In this document: one piece after another, positions 8,977-16,814 of the stretch
How the letters are laid out: every line of letters starts with the position of its first letter
How positions within the stretch are numbered: the stretch's first letter is position 1
Notes under the pieces: model-generated
What the model saw: only the letters and a program-made list of their open reading frames with translations
Database searches by the model: none
What the model was told of the DNA's origin: nothing
Translations under genes and position numbers: made by a program
From: a virus
Taxonomy: Duplodnaviria; Caudoviricetes
IMG/VR virus record: IMGVR_UViG_3300027838_001061
Span: 1 to 37,203 of that record
DNA length: 37,203 nucleotides
Strand: one strand, 5' to 3'

Positions 8977-10035
8977 ATGCAGAAATTTGAAAAAGAAAAG
9001 ATCAGCGTTCTCTCTGAGAAGTTATCTGAAAGAATCATTGATATACTGGACCACTTCAATATTGAATATACCGAACAGGACGAGTGGATATACTGTCCCT
9101 GTCCTGTGCATGACGGAGACAAAAAGGATGGGTTTAGCATCCGACAATCAGACATTTTTCCAAACCAAATAGTATGGTCTTGCTGGACCCACCATTGTGA
9201 AAAAGAATACATCAATTCTGTTTTGGGGTTACTACGAGGTATCCTCTCTAGAGAGAGAGGTGAGGAAGTAGGATTCCCCCAAGCCGTTTCATTTGGATTT
9301 AAATTTTTGAACTTCTCCCCCGATGACATAAAAGTAGACGAATCTCAAAAAGATAAGTCAAACTTTATAAGGTGTGCAAATAGCATATTTAAACAAAAAA
9401 AGGAAGCAAACAAGGTCGCGACTAGGGCGATGGTTGTGGCGGGATTGTGTAGGCCCGTCGAATACTATTTGAACAAAGGATTTAACCAGTCAACTTTAGA
9501 CTTTTTTGATGTGGGAATCTGCAAAGACCCATCAAAACCTATGTATAATAGAATTGTTGTTCCGGTGTATGATGACAGTCACGCCTACATGACTGGGTGC
9601 ATTGGGAGATCACTGGAGGAGAAGCCCTTGACTCATAAATGGGTTAATAGCAAGGGTCTTAACACGGGTGACTTCCTATATAACTACTGGAACGCCAAGG
9701 AATTCATCGAAGAAACCAGCAGCGTGGTAGTGGTGGAGGGTCAGGGAGACGTGTGGCGTCTTCATGAAGCCGGTATTAGGAATTCTGTTGGAATGTTTGG
9801 TTGCTATTTGAGTGATTATCAGCGTATAATATTAGAGAGGTCTGGGGCGTTGAATCTCATAATTTTAACCGATAGCGATGAAGCGGGAAGAGATGCGTCT
9901 GCGAGGATAAAAACCCAGTGTGAAAGACTTTTTAATATATATACTCCAGACATAACCCCACACAAAGACGTGGGTGACATGAGCGTTTCTGAGATACAGC
10001 AGATACTAAATCCTCAACTACAAGGTCTTATATAA
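8977..10035 (+). CDS. dnaG: DnaG-type primase (CHC2 zinc finger + TOPRIM)
   Basis: CPVH...CWTHHC zinc finger, NRIVVPV, GRSL, TOPRIM VVVEGQGDV and DSDEAG, KDVGD. Confidence 0.9.
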   Translation: MQKFEKEKISVLSEKLSERIIDILDHFNIEYTEQDEWIYCPCPVHDGDKKDGFSIRQSDIFPNQIVWSCWTHHCEKEYINSVLGLLRGILSRERGEEVGFPQAVSFGFKFLNFSPDDIKVDESQKDKSNFIRCANSIFKQKKEANKVATRAMVVAGLCRPVEYYLNKGFNQSTLDFFDVGICKDPSKPMYNRIVVPVYDDSHAYMTGCIGRSLEEKPLTHKWVNSKGLNTGDFLYNYWNAKEFIEETSSVVVVEGQGDVWRLHEAGIRNSVGMFGCYLSDYQRIILERSGALNLIILTDSDEAGRDASARIKTQCERLFNIYTPDITPHKDVGDMSVSEIQQILNPQLQGLI

Positions 10036-10370
10036 TGGTAACACTAACCGATAAGGCAGTCAAAGAAATTAAACGGGTTATGGAAGACTTGCCCGATGCT
10101 ACTAATAGTCTACTTAGGGTTGCCGTTGCGGGTGGGGGATGTTCTGGCTTTGAATATAAACTAGGTTTTGTAGAACTATCAGAGTATTCAGACAAAACCC
10201 ACAATAAATACGAGCAGGGTGGCCTAGCTCTAATCGTAGAAAAGAAGGCCGAATTATTTATCGACGGCACTACCATTGACTGGATAGAAGACTTGTCGAA
10301 ACGTGGATTCTCTTTTAATAACCCAAACGCTTCTAGCAGTTGTGGATGCGGTGAGAGCTTCAGCGTCTAG
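10035..10370 (+). CDS. iscA: A-type Fe-S carrier protein (IscA/SufA/ErpA, HesB family)
   Basis: TLTDKA, LRVAVAGGGCSGFEY, GTTIDW, NNPNASSSCGCGESF; all three Cys ligands present. The paralog (iscA/erpA/sufA) cannot be resolved by eye. Confidence 0.93.
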   Translation: MVTLTDKAVKEIKRVMEDLPDATNSLLRVAVAGGGCSGFEYKLGFVELSEYSDKTHNKYEQGGLALIVEKKAELFIDGTTIDWIEDLSKRGFSFNNPNASSSCGCGESFSV

Positions 10371-10400
10371 TTAGACATCTTACGTAAACGAGACTACATA

Positions 10401-11195
10401 ATGACTCAGAAAATACTGGCGTTTTCAGGATCTAAGCAGAGTGGAAAAACTACTAGGGTTAATTTTCTTCACGGCTATGAGATGAAAAGAACTGAAGCCA
10501 TAAAGATTTTTGAAATAAATGAGAATGGAAACTTGGTTGTAAATGCCGTCACTACTGATGAAAGAGGAGGGGCCTCAGAGGGTATGGGTGTCCTTGATGT
10601 AGAAAGGGATGATTTTGAGTTTGCCTCATACGCATCACAAAGGATATGGCCTTTCATCAGGGCTTACAATTTTGCCACCCCGCTAAAAGGGGTTTGCATG
10701 AGCCTGTTTGGACTCACACACAAACAATGTTACGGCACTGATCAAGAAAAGAACACCCACACAAACATTATGTGGGAAAATCTATCACCAGAACACAAAT
10801 CAGGCACAACGACCGCCAGAGAATTCCTGCAATTTTTTGGAACGGATATTTGCAGACAAATAAAATCAGATATTTGGACTTCGATCTGTATAGATCACAT
10901 CATAGATGATGAAAGCGAGCTTGCTATAATAGGTGATTGTAGATTCAGAAATGAAGTCGATGCCGTACATGAAGCTGGGGGTAAGGTCGTCAGACTACTG
11001 AGAAGGCCCAATGACGACAGTCACTCAAGCGAAAATGATCTAGAAGGCTATGATGAATTTGATTATGTGATTGATAATTCTGATATGACGATAGAGGAAT
11101 GCAATAAGAAACTGTTAGAGGTGTTGGTTGGCTGGGGGTGGGTTCAATCTGCGGAGCCTGTTGGGTTTACAATGAGGATAAAAGAGGATCGTTAA
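10401..11195 (+). CDS. Deoxynucleoside monophosphate kinase (T4 gp1-like)
   Basis: P-loop FSGSKQSGKT, FATPLK, REFLQFFGTD, IGDCRFRNE, HSSE. Confidence 0.82.
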   Translation: MTQKILAFSGSKQSGKTTRVNFLHGYEMKRTEAIKIFEINENGNLVVNAVTTDERGGASEGMGVLDVERDDFEFASYASQRIWPFIRAYNFATPLKGVCMSLFGLTHKQCYGTDQEKNTHTNIMWENLSPEHKSGTTTAREFLQFFGTDICRQIKSDIWTSICIDHIIDDESELAIIGDCRFRNEVDAVHEAGGKVVRLLRRPNDDSHSSENDLEGYDEFDYVIDNSDMTIEECNKKLLEVLVGWGWVQSAEPVGFTMRIKEDR

Positions 11196-11537
11196 ATGGG
11201 CGATGTAATAAAACCTTGGGGTTTCTATGAAGATATATTTAGGTCTGATGAGGTGGTCTTCAAAAGGATAGTGATAAGTCCCGGCGAAGAAATATCGTAC
11301 CAAAGGCATTCTAAAAGGAGTGAGTTTTGGTATGTGGCAGAAGGATTTGGATATTTCAGATGGAATAATGTTACCAAGTGGAAAGTCAAGCAGGGATTCA
11401 CTGTAGAAATAAACGTGAATGACAACCATCAGCTTATTAACACTGGAGATACTGATTTAGTCATCTATGAAATGCAGTATGGGAAGTGCGAAGAAGACGA
11501 CATCATAAGAATGGAGGATAAATATGATAGAGATTAA
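11196..11537 (+). CDS. Stand-alone cupin, type II phosphomannose isomerase C-terminal domain-like
   Basis: KPWGFY, KRIVISPG...SYQRHSKRSEFWYVAEG, HQLINTG...EMQYG...EDDIIRMEDKY. Confidence 0.85.
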   Translation: MGDVIKPWGFYEDIFRSDEVVFKRIVISPGEEISYQRHSKRSEFWYVAEGFGYFRWNNVTKWKVKQGFTVEINVNDNHQLINTGDTDLVIYEMQYGKCEEDDIIRMEDKYDRD

Positions 11538-11567
11538 ACTCAATCAACCTTTAATGGGATACACTGT

Positions 11568-12578
11568 ATGATAGTTACATATGTAAGAAGCTCTTCATAT
11601 AATAATTATGATTATTGTCAACAGCAATATTATATTAATTATGTTTTGGGACACCCCTCTCTTTCTGGAAAGAAGGCGGAGATGGGGACCATTGTACATA
11701 AGGTTATGGAGTGTCTTGCGCGATCAAAATACGCATTACAGAATAAAAAAAAGAGCTTCACAGACGAATCGTTGGGAAGAATTCGTCTAACAAAAGATAT
11801 AATGCTATCAGAGAACTTTGTAAATAATCTTACAGACAAAAGCATTGAATTTTATACAGATAGAAGCTCGCACGCTTTTACAAAAGGAGATTTGTCTAAC
11901 TGTCAAAAGTGGGTATGGCTCGCTCTAGAATACAACAAGGGACAATTTGACCCAAGAAAAAGAAAAATAGTAGCCGCTGAACCTCATTTTGACATCGAGA
12001 TCAACGAGCCTTGGGCCAAGTATGACTACGAGCTTCCAAGTGGTGAGACAATCTCTGGAAACCTTGCCATCAAGGGGACCATAGACTTGGTTACTGAATC
12101 TTCCGAAGATGTTATAGAGGTCGTAGACTGGAAGACTGGAAGAAGAATAGACTGGGCTACGGGTCAAGAAAAGGACTATGAAAAACTTTCCCAAGACCCA
12201 CAACTCCTTCTTTATAACTACGCGATCTCAAAGCTTTTTCCAGAATATAGTCAGTCAATAATGTCAATTTTTTATATCAGAGATGGAGGTCCATTTTCAC
12301 TATGCTTTGATAAATCTGATAGAGATAAATTTTTGGAGATGCTTAAGAATAGGTTTGAAGAAATAAAAGCAAACGAATCTCCTAGGATGCTATCTCAAGA
12401 ACAAGCACACTGGAAATGTAAAAAACTATGTGCATACTACAAAAATAATTGGGAAGGAACCAACACCAATATTTGTAAGCATGTCCATAAGGAGCTGGAA
12501 AATAAGGGTCTAGAAAGGACTACCGCAGAGTGTACTAAACAAGGTTTTAATATAGGGTATTATGATGCTCCCGGTTAA
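11568..12578 (+). CDS. PD-(D/E)XK exonuclease, Cas4/AddB/RecB-like
   Basis: SSYNNYDYC, GTIVH, GTIDLV, VVDWKTG, QLLLY, C-terminal CKKLC...C. Confidence 0.85.
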   Translation: MIVTYVRSSSYNNYDYCQQQYYINYVLGHPSLSGKKAEMGTIVHKVMECLARSKYALQNKKKSFTDESLGRIRLTKDIMLSENFVNNLTDKSIEFYTDRSSHAFTKGDLSNCQKWVWLALEYNKGQFDPRKRKIVAAEPHFDIEINEPWAKYDYELPSGETISGNLAIKGTIDLVTESSEDVIEVVDWKTGRRIDWATGQEKDYEKLSQDPQLLLYNYAISKLFPEYSQSIMSIFYIRDGGPFSLCFDKSDRDKFLEMLKNRFEEIKANESPRMLSQEQAHWKCKKLCAYYKNNWEGTNTNICKHVHKELENKGLERTTAECTKQGFNIGYYDAPG

Positions 12579-13494
12579 ACATTTTAGCAACGACGAAGTG
12601 GCAGACTTACTCTCAGTACCAGCTTGTATAGAGCTTGTAGAAGACCTATTTAAAAACATTGACGACACACAAATGCCGCCAAAGGTATACATGAATGTTC
12701 CAAGCGGGGACTTTCGGGCAATGCCAGCAGTAGTAGGCAACACGGCAGGAATCAAATGGGCCGGACTCAGTGTCAAGGAGGCGGGCAAGATCAACATCTT
12801 TGCTATGGTGATGATCAACGATATCGAAACTGGAGATCTGCTAGCTGTTCTAGATGCAGAAACTCTTACCGCTATTAGAACGGCTGCTGTGACGGGGGTC
12901 GCCACAAGGTATCTATCCCGTACTTATTCCAGAACGGCAGCATTTATAGGGTGTGGACATCAAACCCTTCGCCAAATTCAGGCGGTGTTGGCTGTCAGAG
13001 ATATAAAAACTATAAAGCTCTTTGATCTTAGCGAAGATAGAGCCAACGCAGTAAAGGACAGTCTTGACTATTTACCAGAGCCTATCAAGGTAGAAGTTTG
13101 TAAAACACTGGAAGATTGTCTGTGGGATTCTGACATAGTTACAACTCTAACGCCTTCCAGAAAGCCCTTCATAAAGTACGAGGATCTAAAACCCGTAGTC
13201 CACATTAATGCTGTTGGTGCTGACGCAGAAGGAAAAAGAGAATTGCACCCATGCGTCCTTGACAATGTAGACCTAGTTTCCTACGATGAGTGGGTTCAGT
13301 GTTCCCACTCTGGGGAGATACAATACGCTAAGAAAAGTAAAATCTCACAGATATGGTCGCCGCTAGCAGAGATAGTTCAGGGGAGAGTGGAGATGGACGG
13401 CGCTCTAACAACACTATTCGATGCCACAGGACTAGCTATAGAGGACGTTGCAGCAGCACGATATATTTATGAAAAATTCAACAGAACGAAGTAA
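12562..13494 (+). CDS. Ornithine cyclodeaminase/mu-crystallin family protein, archaeal alanine dehydrogenase-like
   Basis: MPPKVY, GDFRAMPA, GIKW, LTAIRTAA, Rossmann FIGCGHQ, TPSRKP, HINAVGAD, FDATGLAIEDVAAA. Confidence 0.9.
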   Translation: MMLPVKHFSNDEVADLLSVPACIELVEDLFKNIDDTQMPPKVYMNVPSGDFRAMPAVVGNTAGIKWAGLSVKEAGKINIFAMVMINDIETGDLLAVLDAETLTAIRTAAVTGVATRYLSRTYSRTAAFIGCGHQTLRQIQAVLAVRDIKTIKLFDLSEDRANAVKDSLDYLPEPIKVEVCKTLEDCLWDSDIVTTLTPSRKPFIKYEDLKPVVHINAVGADAEGKRELHPCVLDNVDLVSYDEWVQCSHSGEIQYAKKSKISQIWSPLAEIVQGRVEMDGALTTLFDATGLAIEDVAAARYIYEKFNRTK

Positions 13495-13999
13495 CATTGT
13501 TGAAGCCCCCTTCACCGAAGCGATGGTGAAGTCTGCAAAAGGCAAGGCAAAAAGATTGGGAGAAATAAAAAATTCTATTCTAAAAGGAAAAGGAAATTTT
13601 GCTGGCTACTTAGGGGAATCAATTGTTGCTGAGTATATTGGCGCGAAAATAGTTAGCAATAAAAGAGGTGAAGAAAAATATAATCACGACTTGGTGCTTG
13701 GGAACAAAACTATAGAGATAAAAACCAAGCGTAGGACAGTTCCCCCTAAAGATTTTTATGATGCTAGCGTTGCCCATACCAGCCTACATCAAAACCCAGA
13801 CTTCTATGTGTTTGTAAGTATTCAATTTCGTGGTGACAAACCAGTTAAAGCTTGGATATGCGGACAAAAAAATTCAACAGAGTATTTTAAACAAGCGACC
13901 TTCTATGCAAAGGGTGACGTAGACCCCTCAAACGGATGGAAGGTGTTAACCGATTGTTACAACTTGCCGTACAAGAATCTTGACCAGCTAGGACTTTAG
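13469..13999 (+). CDS. Hypothetical protein, restriction-endonuclease-like PD-(D/E)XK fold
   Basis: GYLGE...HDLV...IEIKTK pattern; start chosen at ATG 13469. Confidence 0.55.
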   Translation: MKNSTERSNIVEAPFTEAMVKSAKGKAKRLGEIKNSILKGKGNFAGYLGESIVAEYIGAKIVSNKRGEEKYNHDLVLGNKTIEIKTKRRTVPPKDFYDASVAHTSLHQNPDFYVFVSIQFRGDKPVKAWICGQKNSTEYFKQATFYAKGDVDPSNGWKVLTDCYNLPYKNLDQLGL

Positions 14000-14000
14000 A

Positions 14001-15935
14001 ATGACTTGGATTCCTCTACATCTGCATACTCATTATAGCCTGTTGGACGGTCTCTCGAAGCCCCCACAGGTTGCAGACCGTTGCGTGGAGCTTGGCTATG
14101 ACTCCTGTGCGATGACAGATCACGGCACGATTTCTGGAGCCGTTTCGTTTGTCAGGAGCATGCGAGAGAAGAATGTAAAACCAATTTTAGGATGCGAGTT
14201 TTATATATCAAAAGATGCCAAGCTAAGAACCAAAGAAAATAAAACTCTAACCCACTTGGTAGTATTAGCTAAGAATTTAACAGGTTGGAATAAGTTAATT
14301 GAAGCTACATCTAGAAGTAACGAAGAAGACGTATTTTATTTTAAACCTAGACTAGACCTAAGACTTTTGTCTGAAATCATAGGTGAAGATAAGGGCAGTC
14401 TAATATCTTTTAGTGGACATCCCGGTAGCGATCTTGCCAATGTTTTATTCCAAGATGTTAAGAAGGCATATTCGGCTCACAGTTATGACGAAGCAGCTAA
14501 GTACTTAAAAAAGGATTGGAAAAGAGAGTGCGTCTTTGCTGCGAACAGTCATCTAAAAGTATTTGGCTCTGGAAACTTTTTCATAGAGATACAGCTTATA
14601 GATAAGGACAACTTTCCGGCGTCTGAACTTATAGCAGAGTGCCTAAGAAAAGTCGCAGCAGAAACAAAAATACCCTGTGTTGCAACGGCAGACTCACACT
14701 ACCCCAAAAAAGAAGACGCGGCAGACCAAAGAATACTCCTTTGTTCTGCCATGAAAACAACTCTAAAAAAAGTAGAGAATAAGATAAGAAATAATGAAGA
14801 CGTAGGAATGTCCTGCTTTTTTAGATCAAATAACTACCACATTCCCTCGTCAGAAGAAATGGAATCATTGCACACAGAAGAAGAAATTCGTAACTCTTCT
14901 ATAATAGCTAGCTTTTGTGAGAATTATGATATACTTGGACAGCCTATGCTTCCAAAATTTTCTTGCCCAAACAATATGACAGAAGAAGAATATCTTCGAG
15001 ACCTTTGTCGAGATGGCTGGCGTAAAAGATTAAAAGCTCAGGATAAAGTTAACACAGAAGAAGACACTCAAAAATATGTAGACAGAATAAAAGAGGAGCT
15101 TGATGTAATACAAAAAGCCAACCTCTCTGGATATTTCCTAATAGTTAGAGATATTATAAACTATGTTAAAGAAAACAACTGGCTCGCTGGCCCCGGTAGA
15201 GGTTCCGCTGCGGGTTGTTTAATTTCATACCTAATAGGCATCACTGAAGTAGACCCTATCGAATATGACTTGATTTTTGAGAGGTTTTATAATATAGGTA
15301 GGAATACGGAAGACCATGTTTCCTTGCCGGACATAGACATGGATGTTCCCGCAACAAAAAGAGACGAAGTTATCGACTACATACGCTCTAAATATGGGGA
15401 AGATCGCGTGTGTCAGATGGTAACATTTGGAAGGCTGCAAGGCAGGAGTGCTCTAAAGGAAGTCCTCAGAGTTCATGATGCCTGTTCATTTGACGAGATG
15501 AACACCATAACAAAAGCATTGCCCCAAGAAGATAAAATATCTGATCAATTGGAGTCTATGGAAAGCCCCTCCTCTATAATGTGGACTCTGGCTTACCAAC
15601 CAGAGATTCTAAAGGGATACTGTGAACTAAAAGAGGATGGCACTCTGGGCGGTAATTATTCTAAGCTGTTCGAACAAGCCATAAGGCTCGAAGGAACCTA
15701 TAAATCTCAGGGGAAACATGCGGCTGGCGTTGTAATATCTTCTAAAGATCTAGACAAATCATGCCCCATGGTAAAAGAAACCAACGGGACTGGGAAAATA
15801 GCAGGGTTGGAAATGACAGACCTTGAGGCAATGGGTCATGTCAAGTTTGACGTTCTAGGCGTTAATTTATTAGATAAGCTCATGGGTGTTAGGGATCAAC
15901 TTTTAACTGGAGATATACATGAAGGAACATTATAA
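14001..15935 (+). CDS. dnaE: DNA polymerase III alpha, N-terminal half (PHP + palm/thumb)
   Basis: LHLHTHYSLLDG, TDHG, GCEFY, ADSHY, GPGRGSAAGCLISY, LIFERF, catalytic PDIDMD, GKHAAGVVI, KFDVLG. The ORF stops about 24 residues after KFD. Confidence 0.95.
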   Translation: MTWIPLHLHTHYSLLDGLSKPPQVADRCVELGYDSCAMTDHGTISGAVSFVRSMREKNVKPILGCEFYISKDAKLRTKENKTLTHLVVLAKNLTGWNKLIEATSRSNEEDVFYFKPRLDLRLLSEIIGEDKGSLISFSGHPGSDLANVLFQDVKKAYSAHSYDEAAKYLKKDWKRECVFAANSHLKVFGSGNFFIEIQLIDKDNFPASELIAECLRKVAAETKIPCVATADSHYPKKEDAADQRILLCSAMKTTLKKVENKIRNNEDVGMSCFFRSNNYHIPSSEEMESLHTEEEIRNSSIIASFCENYDILGQPMLPKFSCPNNMTEEEYLRDLCRDGWRKRLKAQDKVNTEEDTQKYVDRIKEELDVIQKANLSGYFLIVRDIINYVKENNWLAGPGRGSAAGCLISYLIGITEVDPIEYDLIFERFYNIGRNTEDHVSLPDIDMDVPATKRDEVIDYIRSKYGEDRVCQMVTFGRLQGRSALKEVLRVHDACSFDEMNTITKALPQEDKISDQLESMESPSSIMWTLAYQPEILKGYCELKEDGTLGGNYSKLFEQAIRLEGTYKSQGKHAAGVVISSKDLDKSCPMVKETNGTGKIAGLEMTDLEAMGHVKFDVLGVNLLDKLMGVRDQLLTGDIHEGTL

Positions 15936-16134
15936 CGAGGTACTTCTGGATGGATGTGCCATAGAATACAAGGATATTTCTCTTTGTAAAATCAACGATT
16001 ATTATGATAGAGCTATTAAAAAAGAATTGTACCAAGTACATTCTGATAATAGGAAATTTAAATTCAGCATGTTGTACAAAAACCTAAGTGCAGCAGTTGA
16101 AAAATTTTTGGAAATTAAAGGTATAGCGACATGA
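15919..16134 (+). CDS. Small hypothetical protein (71 aa) nested between the dnaE halves
   Basis: GGAG upstream; overlaps dnaE-N by 17 nt and is ATGA-coupled to the exonuclease. Confidence 0.7.
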   Translation: MKEHYNEVLLDGCAIEYKDISLCKINDYYDRAIKKELYQVHSDNRKFKFSMLYKNLSAAVEKFLEIKGIAT

Positions 16135-16814
16135 ACTATCGAGACATTATAGTTTTTGATTTTGAAACCGGATCTGTCAATCCAAACAAGACACAGCCAA
16201 CTCAAATAGCTGCGGTTGCGATACATGGTAGGAAGCTGACACCACAGCCCGGAGGATTTTTTAACAGTGAAATTCGTCCAATTCTTGATGACGAGGAGGC
16301 AATCAAGCAGGGTCTTGATCCCATAGAAGATGAAGCTCTTGAGATAACACACAAAACACGAGAAGAGTTAGCTAAAGCCCCACATCCTAAACAGGTCTGG
16401 AAAAAATTCACAAAATTTGTTGACAAATTTAATTTCAAAAAGACCCAATGGTACGCGCCCATACCAGCGGGATACAACATTCTTGGATTTGATATGGTGA
16501 TAGTAGATCGTATGTGTAAACAATACGGTCCACTAAACGAAAAAACTGGACATCAAAAATTGTTCAGTAAAGTCAACAAGATAGACGTTATGGATATGAT
16601 GTTTCTCTGGACAGAAAATGACCCAGATATAAAATCGATCAGCATGGATAATATGCGGAAATACTTGGGGTTGTCAAGCGAGAATGCTCACGACGCCTTA
16701 CAAGACGTTAAAGATACGGCGAACATAATGATCAGGTTTATGAAGTTCCACAGAGGTCTGGCATCCAGAACCAAATTTGAAAAGGCTTTTGCAGATGGCA
16801 ATTTATACGTTTGA
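16131..16814 (+). CDS. dnaQ: DEDDh 3'-5' exonuclease (DnaQ/epsilon-like)
   Basis: ExoI VFDFETG, ExoII AGYNILGFD, ExoIII AHDALQDV. Confidence 0.88.
   Translation: MNYRDIIVFDFETGSVNPNKTQPTQIAAVAIHGRKLTPQPGGFFNSEIRPILDDEEAIKQGLDPIEDEALEITHKTREELAKAPHPKQVWKKFTKFVDKFNFKKTQWYAPIPAGYNILGFDMVIVDRMCKQYGPLNEKTGHQKLFSKVNKIDVMDMMFLWTENDPDIKSISMDNMRKYLGLSSENAHDALQDVKDTANIMIRFMKFHRGLASRTKFEKAFADGNLYV

Noticed and set aside
2-10035. Inteins or homing endonucleases in nrdJ, recA, dnaB or dnaG
   Set aside because: Lengths and motif spacing leave no room for one in the visible parts, and no splicing motifs were seen.
10401-11537. Definite DNA base-hypermodification pathway
   Set aside because: No hydroxymethylase, thymidylate synthase homolog, TET/JBP or deazaguanine genes are in the window; kept only as an alternative hypothesis.
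11568-12578. CRISPR-Cas system suggested by the Cas4-like gene
   Set aside because: No repeat-spacer array or other cas genes; solo Cas4-like nucleases are common in phages.
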